The translations under genes and the position numbers were made by a program. From assembly GCA_038230375.1 (NCBI GenBank), contig JBBRNJ010000002.1:64001-128000 (forward strand): a stretch of DNA of 64,000 nt. The letters run 5' to 3'. Below the pieces are notes generated by a model. It had not been told where the DNA came from. It searched no databases and worked only from the letters and a program-made list of their open reading frames with translations. Source of the DNA: Polyangiales bacterium. Its GTDB lineage: Bacteria > Myxococcota_A > Polyangia > Polyangiales > Polyangiaceae. Below are positions 37,255 to 47,359 of the stretch, one piece after another (position 1 is the first letter of the stretch; each line of letters starts with the position of its first letter).

Positions 37255-39384
37255 ATGAGGCCTGCTTCCTCACGGCGTTCTGCGGCGCTCGTATGCGTGC
37301 TCGGGATCGTCGCGTGCACGACCAGCCACGGAGGCAGTGACGCGAGCGAGGCCGTCGAGAACGCCGGAGCAGGCAGCATCCCAGGCCCGCTCGGAGACAT
37401 CGACGGCGTCCCCACGAGCCCGACGTGTGTCCTTCCCGACGCGCCGCCGAATCCCGTGAAGTCGGTCCGCGTGGCGAGCGCGCTCACCTTCACGCGTCCA
37501 ACGAGCCTGGCGATCGCCGCGGGCGGCCGCACGTTCGTCGTGGAGCAGCAGGGTCGCATCAAGACGTTCGTCGGTGATGGCGCGACCACCGCCACGACCA
37601 CCCTGGACATTTCCTCGCGCGTCAAAGCAGACGACATCGAGCCTGGCCTTCTGGGCATCGCGCTGTCTCCGAAGTTCGCGACAACGGGCGAGCTCTTCTA
37701 CACGTTCATCACGAACGAGAGCGGCAACGAGTCGTGGGCACTCGAGCGCGTGAAGACGGATGGCGCGATCGCAGACCCGAGCACCATCGAGCGCGTCCTC
37801 ACCATTCCCGACTACCACGGTCACCTCTATGGTGCGTGGGTCGCATTCGGCGCCGACGGGATGCTGTATGCGTCCGCCGGTGAGGGCGACGAATCCGAGC
37901 AGAGCTTCCGTGCGCAGAACAAGGGCGACCTCCACGGCAAGCTGCTCCGCATCGACGTGCTGGGTCCGCGACCCTACACAGTGCCCGCCGACAACCCGTT
38001 CGTCGGCGTCGCCGGGGTTCGGCCCGAGCTCTGGGCGTACGGGTTTCGCAATCCGTGGAAGTTCGGCTTCGACTCGAAGGATGGCACGCTGTTCGTCTCC
38101 GACGTTGGCGCATACGCGCGCGAGGAGGTGAACGTCATCGTGAAGGGCAAGAACTACGGCTGGAACGTGATGGAGGGAACCACGTGCTTCAACGCGGACA
38201 CATGCGATGCGTCGCAGATTGTCCCGCCTGCGTTCGAGTACCAGCACAACGAGTCCCTCGCGGTCGTCGCAGGCGTGGTGTACCGCGGCTCCAAGATCCC
38301 CTCGCTGCAGGGCGCGTTCATCCACGCCGACTGGGCGATGAACTGGATTCGTGCGCTCGACCGACAGCCGGACGGAACGTGGAAGACGCGCTTCCTCGAC
38401 TGGGGCCGCTGGACGTCGGGCTTCGCCGAGGACCCCGTGTCGCGCGAGCTGTCGCTCGTGGATTTTGTCGACGGTGGCGTGTACCGGCTCGAGCCGAACA
38501 CGGTGACGCCAATGCCGGCCACGCTCAGCGCCACGGGCTGCGGCGACGCGACGGACCTCTCGAAGGCAGCGAAGGGCTTTCTTGCGTACGACGTGAACAT
38601 GCCCCTCTGGTCCGATGGCGCGGACAAGCGGCGCTACTTCGCGCTGCCGGTGGGCGGACAGATCACCGTTCGCGAGCACGGGGCCTTTGACCTGCCTCCC
38701 GGGAGCGTCGCATTCAAGAGCTTCTCGCTCGCAGGCAAGCCGATCGAGGTGCGCCTGCTCGTGCACCACAAGAGCGGCGAGTGGGCCGGCTACAGCTACA
38801 TGGTCCGCGACGACGGTAGCGATGCCGATCTCGTGTCGGAGACGACGGACAAGCAGATCGGCAAACAGACCTGGACGTATCCAGGACGATCGCAGTGCTT
38901 CGGTTGTCACAATGACTACGCGCACCGGACGCTGGGGCTGGAGACCGCGCAGCTCAATATCGGTTCGCCGAACCAGCTCGACGTGCTGTCGCGCGCGAAC
39001 GCGTTCAATCCAGCCCTCGCGCCCGCGAGCGCACTGCCTCGCCTCCCGAAGCGCGAAGATCCGGATAGCGACGAATGGACGCGTGCGTACCTGCACGCCA
39101 ACTGCGGTGTGTGCCATCGCTCGCCCGGCATCCTCATCTCCGGGATGGACATGCGCTACTGGACTTCGTTTGCGGACATGCGCGTCTGCAGGCCGCCGCT
39201 CGCGAGCCGCTACGGCGCAAAGGGCGACGTCTTCCAGCCGGGAGATCCCGACGACAGCGTGCTCCTGACGCGCGTCTCCCGTCGCGGCTCGGGTCAGATG
39301 CCGCCGCTCGCCTCGCACTCCGCGGACACGTTGGCGGTGAATCGCATCCACGACTGGATCGCACGCACGAAGACGTGCCCCTGA
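37255..39384 (+). CDS. Lipoprotein: glucose/sorbosone dehydrogenase-like beta-propeller + diheme cytochrome c domain
   Basis: Lipobox IVAC; GKLLRID, P.DNPF, YGFRNPW, G.NYGW; LWSDGA.K.R; CFGCH and CGVCH heme motifs; QMPP. Confidence 0.88.
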   Translation: MRPASSRRSAALVCVLGIVACTTSHGGSDASEAVENAGAGSIPGPLGDIDGVPTSPTCVLPDAPPNPVKSVRVASALTFTRPTSLAIAAGGRTFVVEQQGRIKTFVGDGATTATTTLDISSRVKADDIEPGLLGIALSPKFATTGELFYTFITNESGNESWALERVKTDGAIADPSTIERVLTIPDYHGHLYGAWVAFGADGMLYASAGEGDESEQSFRAQNKGDLHGKLLRIDVLGPRPYTVPADNPFVGVAGVRPELWAYGFRNPWKFGFDSKDGTLFVSDVGAYAREEVNVIVKGKNYGWNVMEGTTCFNADTCDASQIVPPAFEYQHNESLAVVAGVVYRGSKIPSLQGAFIHADWAMNWIRALDRQPDGTWKTRFLDWGRWTSGFAEDPVSRELSLVDFVDGGVYRLEPNTVTPMPATLSATGCGDATDLSKAAKGFLAYDVNMPLWSDGADKRRYFALPVGGQITVREHGAFDLPPGSVAFKSFSLAGKPIEVRLLVHHKSGEWAGYSYMVRDDGSDADLVSETTDKQIGKQTWTYPGRSQCFGCHNDYAHRTLGLETAQLNIGSPNQLDVLSRANAFNPALAPASALPRLPKREDPDSDEWTRAYLHANCGVCHRSPGILISGMDMRYWTSFADMRVCRPPLASRYGAKGDVFQPGDPDDSVLLTRVSRRGSGQMPPLASHSADTLAVNRIHDWIARTKTCP

Positions 39385-39401
39385 CGCGTGCAGGATGAGG
39401 G

Positions 39402-40403
39402 CTACTCCGGCTTCAGTTCGGGCGACGACGAGAGCGAGAACAGTCCCCACATCACGATGGGCGGAAGCACGGACGCGGCGCGGTCCACCACCACGGCCAC
39501 GGCTGCCGTTGACGGATCTGCGCCGCCCAGCGCCACGAGCATCGACGTGGCGGTGACGCCCACGGCGCCCTCCGAGAAGGGAAGGATCGACAGCACGCCT
39601 GCGACGATCGAGGCTGGATACACCAGGAAGACCACACGCAGATCCACCGGCGCGCCGATGCACCACAGCACCAGCGCGAGCTTCGCGAACTCGACGGACC
39701 AGATCAGAATGGAAGCCGCAAGCCAGCGCGCCATCTGCGACGGTGAGCCAAGGACGATGTCCCATGCGCCGAAGAGCTCATGCGTCTTGGTGTCCACCAG
39801 CTCTGCCGCCTTCTTCATGCGGATGCGCGTGAGCAGACGTACCATGATGCGGGTCGCGGCCTCGCGCAGGCTCTTGCGGCCGAGCACGATCACCGCGGCA
39901 AACAGGCCGAGCAGCGCGATGACCGAAGCGACCTTGAGCGACGCAACGCCGGAGCGCGACAGGAGGAAGGTCGCGCCCAGCAAGGTGAGCAGCACGCTGA
40001 TGAGATCGAGCACCCGCTCCACGATCACGATGCCCGCGCTGTACGTCACCGGTACGCCGAAGCGCGCTGTCATCTTTGGTTTGACGAAGTCTCCAACGCG
40101 ACCTGGCGTTGCAGCGGACGCAGAGAGCCCAGCCAGGAAGACGCGGATGCCGTCGCGCATGCGGTAGTTCTTCGGCGACGCGTGCGAGAGGAGCGCGTGA
40201 TAGCGGAGCGCGCGTCCGAAGATGTGCGCGAGCGAGACCACCAGGATCGCGCCCACGTGCCACACGCGCAGGGCCGAGAGCGCCTGGCGCAGCGCCGCCA
40301 TGTCCAGCGCGCGAAAGGCAAGGACGGCAACGGCACCATAGACGACGATCGCGAGGCCGATGCGCAGCGCGCTTCGCTTCTTCGGGGTCGCCTTCGGCGT
40401 CAT
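39402..40403 (-). CDS. Lysylphosphatidylglycerol-synthase TM / flippase-like membrane protein (UPF0104-like)
   Basis: RALRY, TPGRVGD..K, ERVLD, P...G.G, R near the C-terminus; multiple TM segments. Confidence 0.82.
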   Translation of the reverse strand: MTPKATPKKRSALRIGLAIVVYGAVAVLAFRALDMAALRQALSALRVWHVGAILVVSLAHIFGRALRYHALLSHASPKNYRMRDGIRVFLAGLSASAATPGRVGDFVKPKMTARFGVPVTYSAGIVIVERVLDLISVLLTLLGATFLLSRSGVASLKVASVIALLGLFAAVIVLGRKSLREAATRIMVRLLTRIRMKKAAELVDTKTHELFGAWDIVLGSPSQMARWLAASILIWSVEFAKLALVLWCIGAPVDLRVVFLVYPASIVAGVLSILPFSEGAVGVTATSMLVALGGADPSTAAVAVVVDRAASVLPPIVMWGLFSLSSSPELKPE

Positions 40404-40474
40404 CGTGCGAGTGGTTAGCACGGGCGATGCGGCAAGGCTCCAATTGAGGCAAAAACACGCGCGAATTGCTTGGA

Positions 40475-43126
40475 ATGGCCGATGTGAGCATGGTAGTTCG
40501 CAGCGTCGTGGGAGACCCTCCGCGTGAGATCGCACGGACTGCGTGGGCGCGGCCGCTGCTGATCTTCTTCGGGGCGTTGTTCGCGTTCACGTGCGGCTTC
40601 AACTTCTCGTTCAACCACTGGTACGCGCGCGGGCCCATGCTGCTCGACGCGGGCTGGCACTCCGGCGTGATCTTCCACCGCGGCTGGGATCCGCAGTCGA
40701 TGCTCATCGAGTATCCGGCTCCGCGAGCGTTCTTCAGCTTCCACCTGTCGCCGTTCATGTCGTTCTTCGGCGTGCTCAGCACGTGGTTCCCCGGAGACCG
40801 CGCCATGTATTACTGCATCGTGCACGGTCTGGTGTACGCGCCGCTGGGCGCAGCCGCAGCAACCATGCTCCCGGAGCGCACACGCGCGGGCGAGGCGGCG
40901 CTCGCGATGCTCTCGGGCGTGTGCGCGTTAATGTCGGGTCAGGCGCTCTCGTGCATGGGGTATCCGCACCTGGAGCCGTTCGTCCCGGCGGCCATCGCAA
41001 TGATGCTCGCGGCCATGGTCCGGGGACAGGCGCGGTGGGCGGTGGTGTGGCTCTTGCTGTGCACCACGTTGCGTGAGGACGCTGGCTTCCACGCAGCATC
41101 GTTCCTGTTCGCGGGGCTCGCGTGCAACGTCACCAAGCGCCCGCTGCCGCTCTCCACGCGGCGCCTGCTCGCGCTGACGGCGCTGGCGTTCGGGATCTCG
41201 GTCGTCATCTTCATCGCGCAGAAGACTCTGTGGCCCGGCCCCGGGCTCTTTCGCGAGGAGTACCTGGGTGAGCCCGCCTACGCGCACCTGACGTCCGCTG
41301 AGATGCAGAAGCGCCTGAGCGAGTTCTACGAGCGCTGCGGCTACGTCTACGCGCCGCTCGTTGCGACGATCGTGATCGCCATCATCCGTCGGGACCCACG
41401 CTACCTCCTTGGGTGGCTCGTGGAGCTGCCGTGGCTCCTCGTGAACATCCTGGCAAAGCAGCCGAGCAAGGCGCGGTTCGAGCTCTACGCGGGCTTTCCG
41501 TTCATCGCGTCGGCGTTCTGGGTGCTCGTCTACGCGCATGTCGACGTCATGAACACGAAGCCTGCGCGCTTCGTGATGCTGCGCAGGTGGCTGCCGTATC
41601 TCGCCGTGACGCTGCTCTCCACGGTCGTGGCGTGGCGTCAAGGCGGCTGGCTGCCGGGCGTGATGGAGGACTCGCTTGTTCGCGTCACGACGGATCGCCG
41701 CGCCGTGGAGACCGTCGCGAACAGGCTACGCGCGAACCCGAATCCCACGGGTCACACGCGCGTCGACGTGGCGATGGCTGCGTGGACGACAGAATCGATC
41801 GCGCCGAAGCAGCTGATCACCGAACGGCCTCCGGAGGGCCTTCGCGGGACCGACGAGTTCTACTTCTTCCGCTACGGCTTCGACTCCGGCATGTACCCCA
41901 CGTGGCTCGCGCAGGAGCCTGCGCTGGAACACTGCGGCGCGCTCGGGGTCACGCCTGTGCGGTGGTGCGGTCGCGGCCCTCTTCCATCGGGCTTCGAAGC
42001 CATGTCGCCGCTGCTCGAGCGTGCCGTTGTCGCGCCCTCCGTGCGCCGCGTGAAGCACTCCTTCGTGTTCCCGCAGGGAAGCGCGGACGACATCTTGATC
42101 CTGTTCGGGCTGCAAGGGATGCCACCCGGCGACTATCGCGCGACGTGGGCCTACCATGCCGACGGCTGCGCGGACGGCGGCGGAGGCGTGTTCGACGTAT
42201 GGCACGGCGGCACGACCATCGCGCAGACACGCGGCGCGCCGAACGGCACGGCAGCGACGCTCACGTTCCGCGTGGCCCCATCCGAGCCCGAAGGCTGGGA
42301 GATGCGCGCAGCCGCGTGGCGCTGCTCGGTCACCATCGACGATCTCCGCGTCGCGGTCGACACGCCCGCCACGGTCTCTCAGATCGGAAGCGCCAGCGCA
42401 CGAGCGGGGGCGAGTCGCGACGCACTCGAGCCGCTGGGGCCGCGGCTACGCAAGATCGCCGAGAGCGCGGGGACGACGCGAATCGATCCGGCGCTCGCTG
42501 CGTGGGCAAACGCCGTGCTGCTACGGACCGAAGAGCTCGGCACGCCGCGTGGCCTCGGGGACGCGGGCGCCGTGTTCTTCTTCCGCGAAGGCGCGGAGGC
42601 GCAGCGCATGCTCGGGTGGCTCGCCGCGAGCCCTGCGCTCGATCATTGCGGCATGCTGCCTTCTACAGAGGCGCTGTTCTGTGGCGAGCGCGGCTTGCCC
42701 GATGGCTTCGTCCCGAGCTCGCCCTTCCTGGCGCGCGCCATCATCGGCGGGGTCACGCGCACACCATCGGGAACCATCGCGATGCCCGCGGCTCGGCCCT
42801 CTGCGAACCAGGACCCGCAGATCGCCGTGTGGGGTCCGTTCGCAAGCCTCCTGCCCGGAGACTACCGCGCCACGTGGACGTATCACGCGAGCGGCTGCGC
42901 CGACGACGCAACGGGTCTGTTCGACGTTGCGCGCGCGAGCATCGGCGTGGCGAACGTGCTTGGCAAGTCGACCGAGCACGATGCAAACGTCGTGTTCCAC
43001 GTGGACCCGACGACGACGGAGCGCTGGGAATTCCGCGCGTTTCGCTGGCCCTGTCCCGTCACTCTCGACGACCTCCGGGTCGCGCCTGCGGGCGGTGGTC
43101 GGATTGCGCCGGAAAACCCCCTGTGA
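40475..43126 (+). CDS. DUF2079-like GT-C membrane protein with duplicated extracytoplasmic C-terminal domain
   Basis: D.G, FF..HLSP, PHLE, RED motifs in the TM region; two homologous ~220-aa C-terminal repeats. Confidence 0.75.
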   Translation: MADVSMVVRSVVGDPPREIARTAWARPLLIFFGALFAFTCGFNFSFNHWYARGPMLLDAGWHSGVIFHRGWDPQSMLIEYPAPRAFFSFHLSPFMSFFGVLSTWFPGDRAMYYCIVHGLVYAPLGAAAATMLPERTRAGEAALAMLSGVCALMSGQALSCMGYPHLEPFVPAAIAMMLAAMVRGQARWAVVWLLLCTTLREDAGFHAASFLFAGLACNVTKRPLPLSTRRLLALTALAFGISVVIFIAQKTLWPGPGLFREEYLGEPAYAHLTSAEMQKRLSEFYERCGYVYAPLVATIVIAIIRRDPRYLLGWLVELPWLLVNILAKQPSKARFELYAGFPFIASAFWVLVYAHVDVMNTKPARFVMLRRWLPYLAVTLLSTVVAWRQGGWLPGVMEDSLVRVTTDRRAVETVANRLRANPNPTGHTRVDVAMAAWTTESIAPKQLITERPPEGLRGTDEFYFFRYGFDSGMYPTWLAQEPALEHCGALGVTPVRWCGRGPLPSGFEAMSPLLERAVVAPSVRRVKHSFVFPQGSADDILILFGLQGMPPGDYRATWAYHADGCADGGGGVFDVWHGGTTIAQTRGAPNGTAATLTFRVAPSEPEGWEMRAAAWRCSVTIDDLRVAVDTPATVSQIGSASARAGASRDALEPLGPRLRKIAESAGTTRIDPALAAWANAVLLRTEELGTPRGLGDAGAVFFFREGAEAQRMLGWLAASPALDHCGMLPSTEALFCGERGLPDGFVPSSPFLARAIIGGVTRTPSGTIAMPAARPSANQDPQIAVWGPFASLLPGDYRATWTYHASGCADDATGLFDVARASIGVANVLGKSTEHDANVVFHVDPTTTERWEFRAFRWPCPVTLDDLRVAPAGGGRIAPENPL

Positions 43127-43141
43127 TAGTTCGGCTTCCGC

Positions 43142-43915
43142 ATGGTTCGGTCCCGCATCGAGGTCTCGCTCGCCGCGCCCGCCTACAACGAGGGTGAGGG
43201 TATCGAGGAGGTCGTGCTCGAGTGGGTGGGCTATCTCCGCGCGCGGCTCGCGCCAGGCGCGTTCGAGATCGTCGTCTGCAACGACGGCAGCAAGGACGAC
43301 ACTGGCGACGTGCTGGACCGCCTCGCAGCTCGATATCCCGAACTGAAGCCCGTGCATCATGCACGCAATCAGGGCGCGTCCGCCGCGTTGATCACGGCGA
43401 TCCAGAGCACCACGAAGCCGTGGGTTCTCCTCATCGACTCCGACGGGCAGTTCCCGGTCGACAACCTGGATCGCTTCCTTTCCGCCTGGGACGACAGCGT
43501 GGACGCGTACCTGGGGGTGCGTCCCGACAAGAAGGACAAGCTCTTCTCGCGCGCCGGCTCGTGGGCGAGCGGCCAGATGTGCAACGTCATCCACGGCTCG
43601 CATTTTCGCGACTTCAACTCCGCGTTCAAGCTCGTGCGCGGTCCGCTGCTCCGTGCGATGCGTCTGGAGGCGAAGGGCCTGAACTACTCCACGGAGGCAA
43701 CGTCGAAGCTGATCGAGAGCGGCGCCCGTTTGAAGGAGGTGGAGGTCACGCACCGTCCGCGCATACGCGGGCAGAGCAGCATGCGCCTGCTCCGCGGTGG
43801 CGTTCATCGCGGGCTCTTCGTGTCGTACCTGGGCATGCGCCAGCTGCTCCTCAAGATGGAAGTCATCTCGTCGCCAAAAGCTCCAGACTCGCGCGCCGAA
43901 AAGGGGAGCTCGTAG
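43142..43915 (+). CDS. GT2 glycosyltransferase (DPM1-like)
   Basis: PAYNE, NDGSKD.T, NQG, IDSDGQF, DFNSAFKL, HRPR..GQS. Confidence 0.9.
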   Translation: MVRSRIEVSLAAPAYNEGEGIEEVVLEWVGYLRARLAPGAFEIVVCNDGSKDDTGDVLDRLAARYPELKPVHHARNQGASAALITAIQSTTKPWVLLIDSDGQFPVDNLDRFLSAWDDSVDAYLGVRPDKKDKLFSRAGSWASGQMCNVIHGSHFRDFNSAFKLVRGPLLRAMRLEAKGLNYSTEATSKLIESGARLKEVEVTHRPRIRGQSSMRLLRGGVHRGLFVSYLGMRQLLLKMEVISSPKAPDSRAEKGSS

Positions 43916-45889
43916 ATGGCGTCCCCGAATCCGAGCAAGCTCTCGGTGGCGCTCTTCTCCGGCGGCCGCGGCACCGCCACCATCACCCGCGAGATCCTGC
44001 GGCACTCGAACATCGAGCTCAGTCTCCTCGTCAACGCATACGACGACGGCCTCTCCACGGGGGAGCTCCGCGACTTCATTCCTGGCATGCTGGGGCCCAG
44101 CGACTTCCGGAAGAACCTCTCCTACCTGCTCGACCTCTACTCCGAGCAGCAATTTGTGCTCGAGCGCGTCATCGAGTACCGCCTGCCGAAGGATTTCGGT
44201 CCGCGCCACCTGGACGAGCTCAACGAGATCGTCGCGCAACAGGGGGCCCGCGAGGCGCCGCTGCTTCCGTACATCCGCGAGAACCTCGGCGCGCTCGACG
44301 CGCCCGTGCGTTCGGCTGTGATGGACTTCCTCCGCATCTTCCTCACGTTCGCAAGGAAGCAGCCAAGGCCGTTCAACTTCGTCGACTGTTCGCTCGGCAA
44401 CCTGGTCTTCGCCGGCGCGTACCTGAAGAACGACCGTGACTTCAACCGCGCGACCGAGGAGCTCGCCACGCTGTTCGGCTCGAAGGCGAACCTCATCAAC
44501 GTCACGCGCGGCGAGAACCGCGTGCTCGTTGCGCTGAAGGAGGACGGAGAGATCCTGGCGCGCGAGGCAACGATCGTGAATGCCCAGAGCGCGTCGAAGA
44601 TCGTCGAGCTCTATCTGCTCGAGCGCCCCATTCCACCCGCGACCCTGACGGAGCTCGCGCCGCTCGCGCTCGAGGAGAAGCGGAGGCGGCTCAGCGCAAT
44701 GGAGGCACCCGTCTCGATCTCCGAGAAGGCCAAGGAGGCGCTGCTGTCCGCGGACATCATCGTCTACGGCCCGGGTACGCAGCACTCTTCGCTCTTCCCC
44801 AGCTACAAGACTGTGGGCGTTCGCGAGGCGATACGCGGCAGCCGTGCGCGCGTGAAGGCGTTCATCTGCAACCTGGAATGGGACCACGACATCCGGGGCC
44901 TCTCCGCCGCGGATCTCGTCGACTCGGCGCTGCGTCTGCTCGGCGATCCAGAGAACGAGGAGCGCCTCGTAACGCATGTACTCTACAACCCCACCGACGG
45001 CACACGGCCGAACGCGCTGCCGCTCGGCGCGCCGTCCGAGGGTCGCCTGAAGCACGTGAAGATCATCCAGGGCGCGCTGGAGAACCCCGCCAAACGTGGC
45101 GTCCACAGCGGCCGGGCGATCGTGAAGTGCCTGCGCGAGACGTTCGAGCGCGAGGTGAACTTCGGAAAGCGCGAGCTCGACGTCTACGTGGACCTGAACG
45201 AGCGCTCCATCGCGCTCGACTACTTGCTCCAGGAGTTCCTCGAGCTGCCATGGCACGAGTCGTTCTCGCGGGTGCGGCTCACGCTGAACCACGTGGAGCT
45301 CCCCAAGCTCGATCTCCCCGCGCACCTGGAGATCACCACCAGCGACCAGGACAGCGCATTCACCGACGTGAACGTCTTCTTCCGCTGGCTCGAGTCCGGG
45401 AGCACGGGCTACCTGGCCACGATCGCGGGCGACGGCGAGTACCGCCTTGCCGACGTTCTCTCCAGCATCACGCTGCTCGACTCCTCCACCTTTGGCGCCG
45501 TGTATGGCTCGCGCAATCAGAGCCGCCGGCAGTTCATGAAGTCACTCAACGCAGCCTACGGTGAGTCGAATTTTCTCTACTACAGCAGCTGGGCCACCGC
45601 GCTCGCGCTGGCGGCTGTGTTCGGCGCGCGCCATCAGGTGATCTTCTCGGACCCGCTCACGGGCTTCCGCGTGTTCAAGCGCTCCGCCCTGGCCGACGCG
45701 CTTCGTGCGCTTCCGCGTGGCAAGCGGCCCGCCGGGGCGATGGGCATCACGCGCGCGCTGGTGCAGGCCGACGTGGAGATCGCAGAGGTGCCGATCTCCT
45801 ACCGCACCTTCAAGGGCTTCACGAACGTGAGGTGGCGGATCACGCGCGGCCTCAAGAACGCGTGGAGCGCCATTGCGCCGCGGAGCTGA
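43916..45889 (+). CDS. Fusion: CofD/YvcK (UPF0052)-like domain + degenerate GT2 domain
   Basis: FSGGRG, DDGLSTGELR, PSDFRK, SLGNL, ADIIVYGPG...SS; C-terminal AGDGEY, VYGSR, DPLTGFR, EVPISY. Confidence 0.8.
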   Translation: MASPNPSKLSVALFSGGRGTATITREILRHSNIELSLLVNAYDDGLSTGELRDFIPGMLGPSDFRKNLSYLLDLYSEQQFVLERVIEYRLPKDFGPRHLDELNEIVAQQGAREAPLLPYIRENLGALDAPVRSAVMDFLRIFLTFARKQPRPFNFVDCSLGNLVFAGAYLKNDRDFNRATEELATLFGSKANLINVTRGENRVLVALKEDGEILAREATIVNAQSASKIVELYLLERPIPPATLTELAPLALEEKRRRLSAMEAPVSISEKAKEALLSADIIVYGPGTQHSSLFPSYKTVGVREAIRGSRARVKAFICNLEWDHDIRGLSAADLVDSALRLLGDPENEERLVTHVLYNPTDGTRPNALPLGAPSEGRLKHVKIIQGALENPAKRGVHSGRAIVKCLRETFEREVNFGKRELDVYVDLNERSIALDYLLQEFLELPWHESFSRVRLTLNHVELPKLDLPAHLEITTSDQDSAFTDVNVFFRWLESGSTGYLATIAGDGEYRLADVLSSITLLDSSTFGAVYGSRNQSRRQFMKSLNAAYGESNFLYYSSWATALALAAVFGARHQVIFSDPLTGFRVFKRSALADALRALPRGKRPAGAMGITRALVQADVEIAEVPISYRTFKGFTNVRWRITRGLKNAWSAIAPRS

Positions 45890-45907
45890 GGGGAGAGGGC
45901 GAAACGC

Positions 45908-46558
45908 ATGACGAACGCGCTCGCCGGTAAGACCCGGTTTCTCTTCGATCTGGATGGAACGCTCGTGGACTCCGCTTCGCTCCACGCACGCGCCTACGTG
46001 GGCGTTCTCCAGCGTGTCGCCCCTGCGCTGGCCGCCACGTTCGACTACGAGAAGCTCGCTGGGAAGACCACGCGGCTCGCGTTCGCCGAGATGGGCTTCC
46101 CCGAACCGCAGCTCCCCGTGCTTGTCGCGGAGAAGCAGCGCGCATACCTGGACGCGCTCGACGCCGGCGCGCTCGCGGTGCTTCCGTTCGCGCACGAGCT
46201 CCTGGCGTGGCTCGCAGGCGAGGGCCACACCATGTACCTGGTCACGAGCGCGAGCCGCCGCTCCACCACGCGCGTGCTGGAGGCCACGGGCATCGGCAGG
46301 CACTTCGTGGATGTCGTCACGGGAGACGACGTGGCGCACGGAAAGCCGGCGCCGGACGGCTATCGCCGCATCGTCACCGAGCACGCGCTCGACCCGAAGA
46401 GCGCGCTCGTGATCGAGGACGCGGTGGCCGGCCTCATGTCTGCTGCCGCAGCCGGCGTCGATGCTGTGACGGTGCATGCAACTGCGCCGCTCGCTGCGCC
46501 GTCGCTCGCCACGTTCAAGACGCTCGCGGAGCTGCGCACGGCCCTCGCGGCGGGGTGA
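45908..46558 (+). CDS. HAD family phosphatase
   Basis: FDLDGTLVDS, VTS, GKPAPD, IEDA. Confidence 0.9.
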   Translation: MTNALAGKTRFLFDLDGTLVDSASLHARAYVGVLQRVAPALAATFDYEKLAGKTTRLAFAEMGFPEPQLPVLVAEKQRAYLDALDAGALAVLPFAHELLAWLAGEGHTMYLVTSASRRSTTRVLEATGIGRHFVDVVTGDDVAHGKPAPDGYRRIVTEHALDPKSALVIEDAVAGLMSAAAAGVDAVTVHATAPLAAPSLATFKTLAELRTALAAG

Positions 46559-46597
46559 GCATGGCGAACGCGCGCGTCTCGTTCTAGACTCCACGCC

Positions 46598-47359
46598 GTG
46601 CGAACTTGCGTGGTCATTCCAGCCGCGGGACGTGGCACCCGCCTTGGGCTCGACGTCCCGAAGATCCTGGTGCCGATCCTGGCCGACGTCACCGTGTGGG
46701 ACGTGCTCCGACGCAGCTCGCTTGCCGTCGCCGATCACGTCCACGTGATCGTGTCACCTTCCGGAGAGGCCGCCTTCGCAAGCGCCGCCAGGGTGGACAT
46801 CGACGCGGGACGCGTGAGTCACTCGCTCCAGCCCGAGCCGCTGGGCATGGGCGACGCCGTCTTTCGTGCGGGGCCGGTGTTCTCCGCGTACGATGCGATG
46901 ATCGTCATGTGGGGCGATCAGGTGGGGGTGTCTGCCGCGACGCTCGCACGCGTACGGGCTGCGCTCGATGCGGCCACGGGCGACGTGATCGCGCTGCCGC
47001 TGGCGACCACGTCCGCGCCGTACGTTCACTACGAGGTCGACGCGAACGGCAAGCTGTCCGGGGTGCTGCAGTCGCGCGAGGGTGACGCGATGCCTGCCGT
47101 GGGAGAGGCCGACGTCGGCGTGTTCGGGCTCACGACCCGCGGGCTCCGGGAGCACTACTCGGCGTACACGGCCCGCGGGATCGTCGGGAAGAAGACGCGA
47201 GAGGCGAACTTCCTTCCGTTCATGCCGTTCCTTGCGCAGGAGCGCAGCTTCGCCGTCACGTTCCTTCCTGGAATCTCACCGGGAGAGGCACGGGGCATCA
47301 ACACCAGAGAGGACCTGGAGTACTTCCGCGTCCAGCTGCAGCAGGAAGAGAGAACATGA
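46598..47359 (+). CDS. Nucleotidyltransferase (GlmU N-terminal-like, stand-alone)
   Basis: IPAAGRGTRL...PK, Q.EPLGMGDA, WGDQ, GINT.EDL. Confidence 0.85.
   Translation: MRTCVVIPAAGRGTRLGLDVPKILVPILADVTVWDVLRRSSLAVADHVHVIVSPSGEAAFASAARVDIDAGRVSHSLQPEPLGMGDAVFRAGPVFSAYDAMIVMWGDQVGVSAATLARVRAALDAATGDVIALPLATTSAPYVHYEVDANGKLSGVLQSREGDAMPAVGEADVGVFGLTTRGLREHYSAYTARGIVGKKTREANFLPFMPFLAQERSFAVTFLPGISPGEARGINTREDLEYFRVQLQQEERT

Noticed and set aside
43916..45170. F420 biosynthesis (cofD)
   Set aside because: No cofE/G/H nearby; motifs are closer to YvcK type and the context is glycan synthesis
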